NCBI GenBank assembly: GCA_051362555.1
Contig: CM120646.1
Location: 10,416,001-10,480,000 of the forward strand
From: Lingula anatina
Taxonomy: Eukaryota > Animalia > Brachiopoda
Direction of reading: 5' to 3'
DNA: 64,000 nucleotides
Part shown: positions 14,161-28,200 of the stretch, piece after piece
Layout of the letters: each line of letters opens with the position of its first letter
Numbering within the stretch: position 1 is the stretch's first letter
The notes under the pieces: generated by a model
Database searches by the model: none
The model's input: the letters and a program-made list of their open reading frames with translations, nothing else
What the model was told of the DNA's origin: nothing
Program-made: the position numbers and the translations under genes

Positions 14161-15257
14161 AGTTGGACTCCCTGTAATATTTTAGGAAGTTACAGATGGC
14201 AATTTTAGAAGGTCTGACACCCAATCCTGGTAAAAGCCCTGCATGCAACAAACGTTGCCAAGTGCGTAATTTGTTACATAGGCCGCGTCCAGTAATGAGT
14301 TTATAATGCAAAGTTGCAATTAGGCTTATCTTGATCCCTCTCCTCTATCAGGAGGTATGTTTGTTACCGAAAAGACATCGAGATGCAATAATAAACAGAT
14401 TATTATTTACCACTAAAATGACTAAGGAAGTAGTGATAAATATCCAACAATATATGAGGAACAAGGATAAAAGCCGGTAAGGATAAAAGCCCTAAGGTCG
14501 GAGTTTTGACAATTTCGTCTTACCCAGGAGTCGGGGAGACATAATTTTGAAAAATTCGTCGGATTTACGCAAATGAAAGTTATAATTAATTTTTAAGCGA
14601 CGAAATTTTCAAGTTTTTACCGCACGTAAGCTTTTTAGATGAAGGCAATATTGTTGTAATATCAAAATAGGAAAATACATACTTTACTCTAGGTGACATA
14701 TTATTAACCTTGAAGTCTTGCTGTATACAGTGATGTTTTATCATTTAAAAAAAATGAATGCCTGTGTTGCTGAGATGTTTGTCTCTGTCATGATCTAACT
14801 TGTACTGAGAGATATGTAAAAGCTCTTGAGGGCTACAGATTTCTATGCTTTCTTATGTGCACTAACTAATAAATTGTCCTCACAAGTTGCAAGCAATGTA
14901 TATGGGTCAAGTTTAAGTTCTCCTAGATACAGTACTCTCACAGGGTTGTGTTAGTTATATATGGCATGACAGTACAGCTTTTCTGAGCCTTGAAGTCCTT
15001 AAGAAATTCTCTTAAATCAGAAGGCTTAGAACTATGATGCTCCATAAAGAGCAACAGAGTGCATACGGCCGTAAGCAGGATGAGTCACCTCTGCTCTATA
15101 TAAGAGGAAAAAGATAAGAAGTAGGTGTTTCAAATCACTTAGAAGTTGAGGCTTGGTGAATGTAAACAAACTCTACGTGACATGACGTGACGTTGATTTT
15201 TATGTGATCAGCTAATGTGGTTGCATCTTCTTTCTAGGGAGTTTCCACTGAAGAGCC

Positions 15258-15368
15258 ATGAATCAACAGACAGTTTTCCTGATAATTGTCTGCACTTGGT
15301 GCCAGTTGCAAGGTGGCTGTGCCCAGAGTTCAAGGCCACATATCATTGTAATATTGGCAGATGATTTG
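15258..15368 (+). CDS. ARSB: Arylsulfatase coding exon 1
   Basis: [23 protein letters not shown]|gtaagt. Confidence 0.9.
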
Positions 15369-15964
15369 GTAAGTTTACCCTTGAGATGTACTCATGTTAC
15401 TGTTTTAAAACTTACTGATGTTAGTACAGTGTCTCTCTGATATGACCTTATATTATACCAACTCTGCTATCCTTTATTGACTTTTCTAAACAAATTGAAT
15501 GTTTGAGAATTTTGAGGATGAACACACATTGAAGCTGCTAACACAGCAAGTACACATCAGAATCGTCAATAGGAGTGCTAACGCATGAATTTTCGTGCTA
15601 ACATTGAAGACCCATTGAATTATATTCAAACTGTCTTACTTCAGTGAATAGTCTTTTAAAAATTTTGTGAAGTTTTAACTTAAAATCTTTCAGCAAATTT
15701 AGCAGTAGTTGATTAATGTAACAGCATCATTTCTGTATATGACAGGTCCCTACACTGCACACGCATATGCTAACAGTTCCCCAGTTGGTTTTAATCACGG
15801 AATTATAAAACCTTGCCCAATTCACACACACATACATACACATGATGAAAATGTGTATTCACTAAATAGCATATTTCTATCCATATGCCAACATTATTTC
15901 CACATTATTTACAGAGATACAATTTAAAGGTTGTTGTTTGTGTTTATTTCAAATCGTATCCAAA

Positions 15965-16001
<37 letters not shown>

Positions 16002-16183
16002 GACAACAAGTTTCTCATATTTTAGGGCTGGAATGATGTCAGTTTCCATGGTTCTAACCAGATCCCTACCCCAGCTCTGGACACTTTGGCCTACACTGGG
16101 GTGATGCTGTCTAATTACTATGTCTCTCCAATCTGTACTCCCTCCAGGAGTGCCCTGTTGACAGGGAAACATCCTATTCATAC

Positions 16184-16217
<34 letters not shown>

Positions 16218-19200
16218 ACTACAGAGTTTGTACATCACCGTGTCTGTGCATGTCTTAGTGTGTGTGTGTGTGTGTGTGTGCATATGGCTCTATTCACAAC
16301 AGTGGATTAACAGATCCTCATATCAAATGTGACTTACCTGCTTGAATGCTTGTTGCATAATCTCCCATGGAATCTAATCATTGTCTATTCAGGATTTACA
16401 CGGCAAGCTTTTAACTGTGTCGCCATATTTGACCCGCAGATCTGTTAGTCCACTATTGTGAATGCAGCTTATGTGTGCTGCAGAGTGTGTACGCACAGTG
16501 TCTATGCACGTCTTAAGGCGTATTCCCAGAGCTTTTGGATCGATCTATCCCCGCGGGGAGTCTCACTTGATTACTGTCAGATAATCCAGCTTAAATGTCC
16601 ATCCCGCCTACTACAAGCTGTAAGGGGGTAATTAACTTTCGTGCCCGCTTGGCTGACAGCTATTTAGCGTGAACCCCCAGGGAGTTAGGTCGATCTAAAG
16701 TAGATCGATATAATCTCTGGGAATGGGGTCTTAGTATGTGTGTGTATGCCAGTGGTGTGTCATAGAGTGCATTCCCAGAGATTTAGATCGATCCATCCGG
16801 ATCGACTTAACTCCCTGGGGGTTCACGCTAAATTGCGCTCAGCCAAGCGCGCACTACAGTTAATTACCCCCTTATAGCTTTTAGTAGGCGGGACAGACGC
16901 TTAAGCCAGCTAAGCTGACAGTTATCTAGTGCAAGAAGTTATAATGAGAAGGAGTAGAAACAAGGGGTTTCCTTTCATCCTATCCTCGTAACGGGCTTAA
17001 TCCTAATAATTACCCAGCTTGTGGTCTTAGGGAGAGCTTGTGCCTAATACATATTCAAAAGACCGTTCACGTGGGTTGCTTCAGCCAATTGGGATAAAGC
17101 CTCGCGAAGTCTCTAATAATCTCACAGAGAAAACATGGTGGGATTACAGAAAGGTGTAGAGAGAGATTTCAAGCCTGGACTCAACCATTTCGGGAAATAA
17201 AACTCAAATCATGCGAGATACATCTTCATTTGTTCTAGAGCCGATCAGTTATACAAAAATTAGTTACACATCAAGAATGTATGAGAACAATTTCACAAAC
17301 CCACCTTCAACGCTAAAATTTGCACCTGTAGAAGTCTCATATTTATTTTAAATTATTTTTGTCGTGTAAAGGCGTGTAAAGGAAATTTACCTTCATCTAG
17401 GAATGACACATTGAATTCACAGCCGTGTGCACAAAACAGTAGTACTTGCAATTTCCGTATGCCAGCCTCGTTTCTTTCTTTTTTGGCACATTATTGCTTA
17501 TATACCAGGTAGAGCTTAAACAGGAAAATTGGGGAAATGAAAATAAGATATTGCACTTAGTACGATTCTAAATAAAATTTCATTATTACATATTTTTGTT
17601 TATATCTTTGTCTATTACATGAGGCCAACTAATAGTAGACTGATAGTTTAAATTCATTAGAAGAAAAAATCAAAGAAATATTTTTATTGATTGATATTGC
17701 TTTATTTCAACATTCGAGCAACTTGTATAATATCTAAAACAAAGTACCAGCAATGAAAATATTTCAATATTGTTACACCCAACAGTGATTAAAGCAATAC
17801 AAAAATGGTTAGTTTTTATTTTGATGTGATGACTATTTTATTTTATACTTTAGACAATTAGCCAGTGAACACTAAATTCCCTTTTAAAACTTGGACCACT
17901 AAATTCCCTTTTAAAACTTGCACCTCTTGTGCACTATAGTTTAATATTAGTGGTGGTAAGAAAACAGAGCCTTGTGCCTCATCAAGTTGCTGCTGGAAAC
18001 AATCATTTTGCCAGCAAAACTAAAGATCTTTCACCTGCATTCTCTTCAACCTGAAATGAGTAAGTGCGGAATTCATTACAAAATATAACTCTATATCCTA
18101 AACGAAACTCTGCAAACATCATATTGCAATAAAAAATTGAAAAAAAAATTCCGAGAGTTCCCTGTCATCAAATTTTGGACCCACCATTTTGAAAAAGTCC
18201 CATGAAAAGTTGTTTATTTGAAACGATGTTTTTCATCTAAAGGATTGATTCATTTAATACCAAAGTGATGTATTGTAATGATGCACGTCCTTAACTAACC
18301 AGAAAAACATAAATTATTTGCATACACCACGTTAAAATTACCAAAAATTGCCCCAAACTGTCACCCAACTGTCTCTAACCAATTTAGGGACCCGCCATTT
18401 TGAAAAAGTCGGATGAAAAGTTGTCTATTTGAAACGATGTTTTTCATCTAAAGGATTGACTCATTTAATATCACAATGATGTATTGTAATGGTGCACGTG
18501 CTTAACTAACCAGAAAAACATAAATTATATGCATACATCACGTTAAAATTACCAAAAATTGTCCCAAACTGTCACCCAACTGTCTCTTGTGACCCGCCAT
18601 TTTGAAAAAGTCGGATGAAAAGTTGTCTATTTGAAACGATGTTTTTCATCTAAAAGATTGATTCATTTAATACCAAAGTGATGTATTGTAATGATGCACG
18701 TGCTTAACTAACCAGAAAAACATAAATTATGTGCATACATCACGCACTTTAGAAGAAAAAAGTCCTAAACATGGAGGTCCCGCTGAATCGGCCTCAGATC
18801 TTCGAGCTAACGCTGCTTTCTGCACTGACAAATTTGACTGACAGCCACCGTATGAACATAAAACAATGCTCAAAGCAGATTATCAACTCTCACTCACCTT
18901 TATATCGCTCGACTTGGCGTTTTTCTAAGTATAACTTCCAAATATTCGCATTAAACATGAATAAATCAAGACGTATACGCACTGGTTCAGCTTCTCCGTC
19001 TTGAGTCACGCGGAGGCGAGCGGAGGATTAGACCAGTTACGAGGATCGAATTTCAAAGGACGCCGCTTTGAAAAGAATGCTGCGATCTGATTGGACGAGA
19101 GAGATAATTGATGTCCCGTTTCTACTCCTTCTCATTATAACTTCTTGTCTAGTGAGACTCCCCACAGGGATAGATCGATCTAAAATCTATGGAAATGGGG

Positions 19201-20860
19201 TCATGGTGCGTGTGTGTGTCACATAGCATGTGTTTTTGTCATAGTGTGAGTGCCACAGTGTGTGTATGTAGTGTGTCATTGTGTGTGTGTGTATTTTTTT
19301 TCTTGAAGTTATGATTTTTTTCTTTTTGTGAAATTTTTCACATTTTGGCATTTTCAAGGTGTGACTTTGAACTCTGATTGGATTAATATCCTTTTTTTTT
19401 TTTTTTTTTTTTTTGAAGTCATCCATTTTTTTACATTTTCCCAGTATGTCTGGTGATAATGCTGTTAAGCATTATATGATGTTGATTTTAAATTGACAAA
19501 AAATTGCTTATCACTTTTTCCTGCTTCGTCTGAACAACTGACAACTTTGTTGCCTTGTTTTATTCAGTAGGTTGAAATAGCCCAGTTTAAAAGGGACTTA
19601 CTGTTTATAATCAAAAATAATCTTATGCGACACAAATATGATTAACATTTTTGCTTCAAACCTACTCCTATACAATGGTCTAATGCATATTGTCTATCTT
19701 TAAATTGTGAGTCAATATCAAAAACATTACATTGAATTGAAATTCAGGTGGAATTTTTGATGATTTATCAAGAGCATCTGTAAAATAGCAGTTCCTTCTC
19801 GCTTTTCATCTTTGCAGTATTTATGTTATATACATGCATATGTTATTACAGCTAATATCTAATGTCATGTATTCTATAAATTAGATAGGCTGGTCACATT
19901 CAGACATGAAATAATTTCTGTGCACATGCATAGTGTGTATTTTTTGTAAGCAAAATAAATAAATAAGTAAAATATGAAAGAAAATAAAATAAATATTTTA
20001 AGCAAAAGTGTATATATTTTCAGGCCTCCAGCACGGTGTCTTGGCAGGTGCTGCCCCCTATGGTTTGGGACTGAATGAGACCATCATGCCTCAGTATCTG
20101 AAGCGGCTCGGTTATGAAACTCACATGGTGGGAAAGGTAATGAGGGAGGATTTTTACTTACAGACAAGTGTCTTTACATATTCTAACAAGAAAAGTATCT
20201 GTCAGTGGCCTCGCTGTCGCTGCCCGATGCATGACATTTGCCCCATAACCTCCAAACCATTTTTTTGTTTTACTTTAAAGTAACTGAGTGGCTTTGCTTG
20301 GTAAAGAGGCCGGGTGTTTTTAAAAATCGACATGATCTGTTGACATTTGCAGTAATTGTTCTGTTTTTTTTTTTATGTGATTTTTTCCTTTTTCACACAT
20401 AAGCATTTTCAGTGGCTTTTATATCCCATGGAACTAGGTTTTCAATGTCCATGTTACCTGTAGTACATCATGTAAGAGGATAAGAGTGATCATGCTGTTT
20501 TAAAGCATTATTGTATGTAACAGTGCACCAAAATTGGCCAAAACGTTATTCTTTGCATTTTTTCTGCGTAATGTCTGAATGTTTGACAGCTTTGCTGCCT
20601 GGTTATCTGCATGGCATCTGTATGTTTGTTAGCTTTGCTGTCTATTTTTAAATTGAAAATTAACTTGAATTAAGAATTGTCTTGACATTCACTGAGAAGA
20701 GAAAGGTTTATGGGAGATGTATGCACACCCCCATCATACTGCATATAGATAAAAGTAATCATGAAAAATAATAATATGTTAATAGAATTATTTGTCTCTA
20801 AAAGTTCTTCATGATACTAATGGTATTGGATAAGTTATGCATTTTGATATGAAAGCCACT

Positions 20861-20913
<53 letters not shown>

Positions 20914-22724
20914 CTCTCTTCATAATTATTTATCACAGTGGCACCTTGGGTTCTTCAAGAAGGAGTACACCCCGACTTTCCGAGGGTTTGACAGCCATTT
21001 TGGCTACTGGCTTGGCAAGGAGGGCTACAGCAATCACAAGGCTTTTGCATATGTATGTACCTCAACTAACTAATGAGTAATTTAAAAGATGCTAATTATA
21101 CTGATTTCAGTATTATGGTATGATGTACAATGTATGCCTTTTGCAGAAATTTCAAACTGTCTTTCATAATCTGTGCTTTTTTATATGGAGCAAACATAGC
21201 TTTTCATTTCATCACTCTGTTTGACACAAAAAGAAAGAAAAAAAGATTATTACAAAAATTTATAACATTCATCATGCTTTTCCAGCCAGGAGCTTATGGT
21301 CTTGATTTCCGCCGTGATATGGCTCTGCAGTCAAACTACAGTGGGAGATATTCAACAGAACTTTTCACTGAGGAAGCCACCAAAATAATTCAGAGACATG
21401 ACACCAACAAGGTAAATATTTGGAAATTGTTAACTATGGGTATTTTTTCATTTCACCACCAGCATAGGCATTGCCAATACACATGGTTTGAGTTCCGTCC
21501 ACTGACTCTGCAGCCACGTCACCCTCACTGCTGCTCCTCCCAGACATGAAGGGCCTGTGTCACCATCTCTTGGATATAGGTCACATACAAATTCAACTTT
21601 TGTCTGTTGTGATGATAAACCAAGAACCAATAATTAAAACTATCATCAAAACTATAGCCTGTGTACAATCATAACTCTTGCAGAGAAAACCATCTGTTCC
21701 AAAGAAATCACACATTAAATATTTCACAGTTGAATATACCCTTTACCCTGCTTCTGCCCATATAATACAGTGTACTACCACCACATTCACCCAACTCTAC
21801 TTCTCCACAACTAAGACCCATACATTCACACCTTCCTTAAAAATTTTATGCACTTACAATACCAGGACACGGTATCACCTCTCAGATTCTCTAAGTTAGT
21901 TATATATATATATATATATATATATACTTTAAAATATTAGAATTTTCAATTAAATTTTGAGTTATATAGCGTTCATGAAATTGACATCAGGTGGTATATA
22001 TAAGTTGCCTAGAAAGTTCAGTATTTTTCCAAACTATGCTGGTGAAATCAGTTGGTTAAGTAGTGATGTCATCATACAAGGAGCTTGCCAGAATTTATAG
22101 TTGTATCTGTAAATAATGCCTATAATGTATTGTTCTTTATTTCAGCCCCTGTTTCTCTATCTTCCACACCAAGCAGTCCACAGCGCCAATCCATGGGATC
22201 CACTTGAAGCACTGGACAAGTATTATAAACTGTTTCCTAACATTCATGATGAAAATAGGAGAAAGTTTGCAGGTAAATAATGCAGCCATGTCAAAACTGA
22301 AATGATTTTCTTTTTTGTTATTTTTAGGGTAAGGGGGAGTGTTTTGATGCCTATAATTTTTAAAGCTACTTAAATTGTCTTTTTGGTTATACTTACATCC
22401 AGTTTTGTTTGGCAAAATGGGAAAATCTTATCATAAATGTTGTATTTCATCAGTTTACTTCTGATCCCTCCCCCCCCCCCCCCCCCCCAAAAAAAAATCA
22501 CATCAAATGAAAAAATACATGTGGAGTTTGCAACAGTGCTTTGAAATCTCTGAATTCAAATATTTTGCAGCCATGGCAGCTGCCTTGGATGACTCGGTGA
22601 AGAATGTGACCAAAGCTCTGAATGAACGGGGCATGTTGAACAACTCTGTGATAGTGTTCAGCACAGATAATGGTGGTCCTGCTGCTGGATTTAATGCCAA
22701 CCATGCCTCCAACTGGCCACTGAG

Positions 22725-22772
<48 letters not shown>

Positions 22773-24042
22773 GTATTCACTCAACAAAACTTTTCCTCAG
22801 TAATATACTGCTGTACAGGTGTAGCAGCTAAATTTGGCAGTGTATTTGTATGGCCAACATCTTAACATAATATGTCCAAAATTGAGGAATTCTGTCATTT
22901 CTTTTTGAATGTCCCTGCATTGGCATTGTACGTACGTTATTGAGAAATTGAAAGAAATGTTGCTAATGAGCTTAATGTCTTATATTTCACTTCTGTACAT
23001 GTACCTTTCATATTTGTTTTCTAGAGGTGTGAAGACAACACTTTGGGAGGGAGGAGTGAGAGGTGCTGGCTTTATGTGGAGCCCTCTCATCAAAAATTCT
23101 GCCAGAAAACTTCCTGATCTCATGCACATCTGTGACTGGCTACCAACCCTGTATCATATTGCCGGAGGTGACTCATCCACACTAAAAAATCTTGACGGAT
23201 TCAATGTGTGGAATACTCTGTCACAGGATGCCCCCACCCCCAGAGTTGAATTGCTGCATAATATTGATCCCATGTTGAATTATTCAGCTGTAAGGGTTGG
23301 CGAGTACAAGCTTATCTTGGGTAATATTTTTGGTGGTACTTGGGATGGCTGGTATGCTCCCGAACAATACCATCTTCTAGATGAAACAGAGCTTGATAGA
23401 AACTCACTGCAGTACAAGACATGGCCAGACATTTCTCTAGATTCTGATACAGCAAAAAACATGGTGAAGATGACACAATCTGAGACAGGTAATAAGAAAA
23501 ATGACATATCACATGAAGTAAAGCCCAATGGAAGAATACTTCTAAAGAGGAGCATTGGATATTCAGACCAAAAGAGTGATTTCATGCCATTTTCTGATAA
23601 ATTGGCAGCACATTTTGGGATGTCTGCAATTAATTCTGGGAAGCATGCAATGGAATCTGGGAAATCTCTAAAAAATCATGGAATTGAAAATGACGTGGTG
23701 TTAGACAAAGAGCTTCTTGGCATTGTGTCCCGATATATTCCAGTAGATGTGGACACGTTTCACCTCACTGTGACTCCAGATGTGGTGACTTGTGGAGCCA
23801 AGCCTGCCAATGCTAGTACCAACTGTCAGCCCACCAATTCACCCTGTCTGTACCACATTGTGAAAGACCCTTGCGAGTACAACAATATAGCAAATGAAAA
23901 TCCACAACTCGTGGCAAAAATGTTGACAAGACTGAGGGAATTCAATGCTACTGCAGTGCCCCCTAGGAATAAACCACAGGACTTGAGAGGCCTCCCTATA
24001 TTCAATAATGGCGCCTGGGGACCATGGATGGATGGGCTATGA
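15258..24042 (+). CDS. ARSB: Arylsulfatase B-like sulfatase, 8 coding exons, ~640 aa
   Basis: join(15258-15368,16026-16185,20024-20136,20939-21052,21286-21411,22146-22272,22571-22724,23025-24042) = 1923 nt, all GT-AG with consistent phases. Signal peptide, [23 protein letters not shown] (FGly motif), [37 protein letters not shown] vs ARSI/J orthology not resolvable. Confidence 0.93.
16026..16185 (+). CDS. ARSB: Arylsulfatase coding exon 2 (catalytic CTPSR)
   Basis: tttag|[28 protein letters not shown]|gtgtgt. Confidence 0.93.
16286..16469. mobile_element. Small MITE in arylsulfatase intron 2
   Basis: TIR attcacaacagtggattaacagatc / gatctgttagtccactattgtgaat. Confidence 0.7.
16516..16730. 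mobile_element. MITE; an inverted sister copy at ~16765-19202 is split by the P-like element
   Basis: TIR attcccagag..gatcgatct / agatcgat..ctctgggaat. The body is the reverse complement of 16765-16931 plus 19155-19202. Confidence 0.75.
16932..19147. mobile_element. Non-autonomous P-superfamily-like DNA transposon (2216 bp)
   Basis: Perfect 30-bp TIR caagaagttataatgagaaggagtagaaac; 7-bp TSD tctagtg (16925-16931, 19148-19154); CA..TG termini; three ~205-bp internal tandem units (18177-18745); no transposase ORF seen. Confidence 0.85.
20024..20136 (+). CDS. ARSB: Arylsulfatase coding exon 3
   Basis: ttcag|..[23 protein letters not shown]|gtaatg. Confidence 0.92.
20939..21052 (+). CDS. ARSB: Arylsulfatase coding exon 4
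   Basis: cacag|[26 protein letters not shown]|gtatgt. Confidence 0.92.
21286..21411 (+). CDS. ARSB: Arylsulfatase coding exon 5
   Basis: tccag|[23 protein letters not shown]|gtaaat. Confidence 0.9.
22146..22272 (+). CDS. ARSB: Arylsulfatase coding exon 6
   Basis: ttcag|[20 protein letters not shown]|gtaaat. Confidence 0.9.
22571..22724 (+). CDS. ARSB: Arylsulfatase coding exon 7
   Basis: tgcag|..[23 protein letters not shown]|gtgctc. Confidence 0.9.
23025..24042 (+). CDS. ARSB: Arylsulfatase terminal coding exon
   Basis: tctag|[38 protein letters not shown]. Confidence 0.93.
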
Positions 24043-24899
24043 ATTTTCTATTTTGTATTCTTTCTGTTTCCCTATTTTTATCTCCTTTAACAGTTTGAAT
24101 TTTAATTGTTCACAGTCCTTTTGAAATGAAATGACATACTTTGCATGGGTGCTTGATGTTAATTTTTTTTCTGTCTTTTGTATTCTTTCTGTATCCCTAT
24201 TATTATCTCCTTTAACAGTTTGAACTTGAATTGTTCACAAATCGTCTTGAAATGAAATGATATTCTTTGCATTGGTGCTTGATGTTATAATTATGGATGA
24301 AAGCAATCTGAAAGTCTAATGCATTTCTTTTCTCCATCTCTATTATTGGTCTCTGGGTTTAATGTATGTACTGTGCTATTTCTTTCAATCTTGTATGTTT
24401 TAATGTATGTTTTCTCCAACTATTTGATCAAAACTGTTTTTGCTTATCATTTGTTAATGATTTTTTACTTAATTTACTGTAGCATAATTTTTCTATAATT
24501 GACTCAAAACAATAAAGACTGTCCTTTTGTTGTCAGATTTTAATTTGGTGGTTCTGGTCTGTACATTGTAGATGATGTACTCGGGGATTTTTACAATCCT
24601 TGGAAGAAAATCTTAGTTACCTGACACTTTAGGATTAGATGAGATCTGTTAACATGTGAAATAATAAGTTTATACCATAGAAAGCACTTGCCTTTTCTAT
24701 AAGTTTTCCAGATTTATTTCACTTTTGACTGCTGTCCCTGGAAAGTGGTTTTTGCTTCCTGAAAAAGGGGAAGGCATGTTTGTTATCTTCTATTTCCAAT
24801 TCCTCAAGCCATCCCTGCTCAATATGCTACATCAACTAAAATTACATATCAAAAATTAGTTCCTTTTTCTAAATGTCCTGGATCTGCCCTTATCAGTAT

Positions 24900-25290
24900 C
24901 ACCAGGGTGTACATTGGTGGTACTCATGGTTTTAGTCCCGACCAGTCTCATACAGCTCCCCCGGCTCCACGGGGTAGTGTGGGATACAAGTCACCGTTAC
25001 CTCTTCTCCTCCTAGACCGCAAGGACCTGTGTCCCCATCTCTTGGATTTAGGTCACAACTTGAACCGCCTGGTTTTTCTTTTAAATTTTGTCTCAGGTGG
25101 TGCATTGGCCTGGGCGTGACGCTTATTGAAATGCACCCTTGTCAAAATTTTTTTGAAAATTCAATGCTAAATATCTTCCAAACCAAAGGAAATATGGGAA
25201 AAATTACTACAGAAGTCAGATCGAAAGTCATATGTAGAGATTTCAAATATGACCTTGGATTTCAAGGTCAAATGGGCCAAATATTTTTTA
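24900..25290 (+). repeat. Interspersed repeat copy (homolog of 720-1135)
   Basis: Direct sequence comparison, inverted relative to the 0.7-1.1 kb copy. Confidence 0.7.
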
Positions 25291-28200
25291 AAATGGGTTT
25301 TTTTTGCAAAACAAAAATTATTTCTGCTGATTTTCAGAAAGTACACAGACCTAAGTAACCTAACCTATTACACTACAGTATGGGCAGGTGTTTCCCTTAA
25401 CATCATCTTTCATCTTCGTGAATTTGGGGTCAATGGGTGCATTTTCACAGGAGAAGTGGCCATTAGATGCCGAAACTGAAAACTCTCTCTAATATTCTAG
25501 AACTGTAAATGCTAGAGATCTCGTTTTTCGCATTTTATAGAGCTTGTCAAGTGCAACACTGAAAGCGGTGTCCATTTGTTTGTTTTCCATACAGATTCTG
25601 AGTTGTATTATATCAAAAGTACAGTACAACGTGGTGGTGAAAATGAAATGTTAAATACGGTAATTTCCTGTGAAATTTTGAAAGTCAGGAAAAGATAACA
25701 TAAGGCTTAGCAAGATACAGACAACTTCCGGTCAAAAATGACAGAATTTCATGAAATTCGAACATTTGGAATTTCTGAGCACCTCAAATTTCATGAATTT
25801 CAACCAAAACGATATTTTCTTTATTTCAATTAATTTCTCCTGTACGAAATTCATGGCGCATTACTGCAACTCCAAAATTAGAAAAGATACACCCATTTTA
25901 GCCCCTTCTACTACAGTATCTCCAAAACTGGCAGAGATAGGCCCATAGTTACAATTGAACTTGAATAGGATATTGAACGAACAACTTCAATAAATTAACC
26001 CAAGAATTTCAAGTCTTTGATTAAACCAGCCCGACTTATTCCACTATTAGTTTATTAATTTTTACACATTATTGAAATCTGGAGTTTTTTTATACTTATG
26101 AAGTACTAACAATATATCGTAGATTAAAGCTCAAAAGATTGTTCACGCATTGCAAAAATATGTTTTCAATTTTTATTTGGCAGTTTTAATTGTGTAGTTT
26201 ATTTAAAAACAACAGTTTTCACGCACGCACCTCTCAATATACAGCGACGGGCTACTTATTGCCCCGGCCCTTTATAAAGTACGAACAAAACCGGTACTTT
26301 TTATTTTACCTGGCCACTAACATCATTATCTCGGCATTTTTTCTCTCCGTAGCTCACGAAAAAAAAAAGACAAGGTTTTACTTTTTATACCATTCGTTTT
26401 TTAAAAATGATCCAAAAATATTCATTGGGTGTAAAAGAACAACGTTATACCATTCGTTTTTTAAAAATGATCCAAAAATATTCATTGGGTGTAAAAGAAT
26501 AACATTAATTCATGTATAGTCATTTTACATCATATCCAGAAAAAGAATGACAACTGATTTTTATCACAATTAAAAACGCCTGTGAAAGAACCCGGGACTC
26601 TTTCATGTTGTTAAATTTCAGTCTCTCGATTGAAATAAAGAACCCGACGTTTTTTTAGCGCTGCAAAAAGAAAAAGAAAATAAACTACCCCCTACCTCCA
26701 GAATGTTACGACGTATTTTTATAGACGGGTATGAATCAAATTCAAACAGGCTTATTCAACTTTGATGGAAGCTGTCAAGCGCACACGACTATGAATGACA
26801 GTTTTTTAAACAAACGTCAAACACAATTACTACACTCTTCTCTCCGAACATTTAAAATTCCAATATCCTTTGATTGACAAGATGACAATCAAATTCGTTA
26901 GTTTTGTTAGTTGTTGTCAAGTAATAACAGTTTGATTGGCAGGTTATATAAACAAACGTTAATTACAACCATTACACAGTGGAACACTATAGTCATCCAA
27001 CACGTTTAGTTCAAGCTTCCTGCATCCTTTGATTGACAAGGTGTCAATCAAATTCAGTTAGTTTTGATAGTTGCTGTCAAGTTATAACAGCTTGATTGAC
27101 AGGTTATATAAACAAACTGTGCTTTCTCTCGCTGTGAAACAGTGAGTACGCCGAAAGAGAGTGCTAAAATCTGAAGTTAGTAGTTAACTTGCAAAATATT
27201 TCAAGAGAATATATACAACATGTTTCCAAAACTAGTTTTCTTTCTGAACCCCGACACTCTAGATTACAAACTATTTTGTAAAAAGAATAAATTAAGCAAA
27301 AGAAACCACTTTAAAAATAGTTTCAAGTAAAGAAACATGACATTTGACGTTATTCTGGAGGTAGCGCATGGGTCATTTCAAAATTAGTACAACTATGTGC
27401 CCTAGTATGTGCGTGGAAGAAGGAAGAATAAATGTATTTGCATTATGTGTGGAATATTGGCAGATTCTTTTACTGTCAAAGTGTACTTTCTGCAAAATAA
27501 AGAAAGAAAGAAAGAAATAAAACGATACTAATTCATCCTCATTAAAGGTGACATTCGTGTTGTGGTTGAGGTAGGTGGTTTAATTTTTGCGAGGCTAAAT
27601 GTTAGCAAGGACCTATGATAATAAGTGGATGGGAAACAAAAATATAACTGTCAAAAAAAAACATTACTATCCTATTTAACAAACAAACCACTACTTCGCT
27701 CTGGTAACAATTTTGTTAGTTTATTTTACTGCAATAAAGCGTGGATAAAATAGTTCAAAACGCCATCACAATGCAGTTGTTTTAGCGACTTCAGCTGCTG
27801 GGGTTAGGTGAAGGGGCGAGGGCAGGGCGGATCCAGGATTATTAGAAGGGGGGGAGTCCGGAACGACAGGCTTCGGATGCGAAGCCCCTGACTTACTGGG
27901 CACATCAATTTGAAAGCACAAGATTTTTATTTAAAAGCAGCAGAAGAAAAGAAACTACAGATAAAAAGACATAAAAAACTATAATTCAAAATTTGGAAAT
28001 TCACAAAGTCGTACAACACTGTTGATGGGACAAAGAAAGCAAAAATAAAGGAAGTGGACCACACAGACATTGACCATCCTGTTTTGCCCTGCAAAGATTT
28101 TAATGTTCTAATCAAAGGACAAGAAACTCTGTATGAAGTATACACAACAGTAGGGGCGGATCCAGGATTATATGAAGGGGAAGGGGGGAGGGTCCGCGGA

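Noticed and set aside
15095-15195. CLEAR/TFEB-like elements upstream of the sulfatase ATG
   Set aside because: Only partial acgtgac matches, no full TCACGTGA, and the transcription start is unknown.
24045-27115. Short two-copy tandem duplications (~125 bp at 24051, 60 bp at 26385, ~157 bp at 26865)
   Set aside because: Common local duplications with no sign of function.
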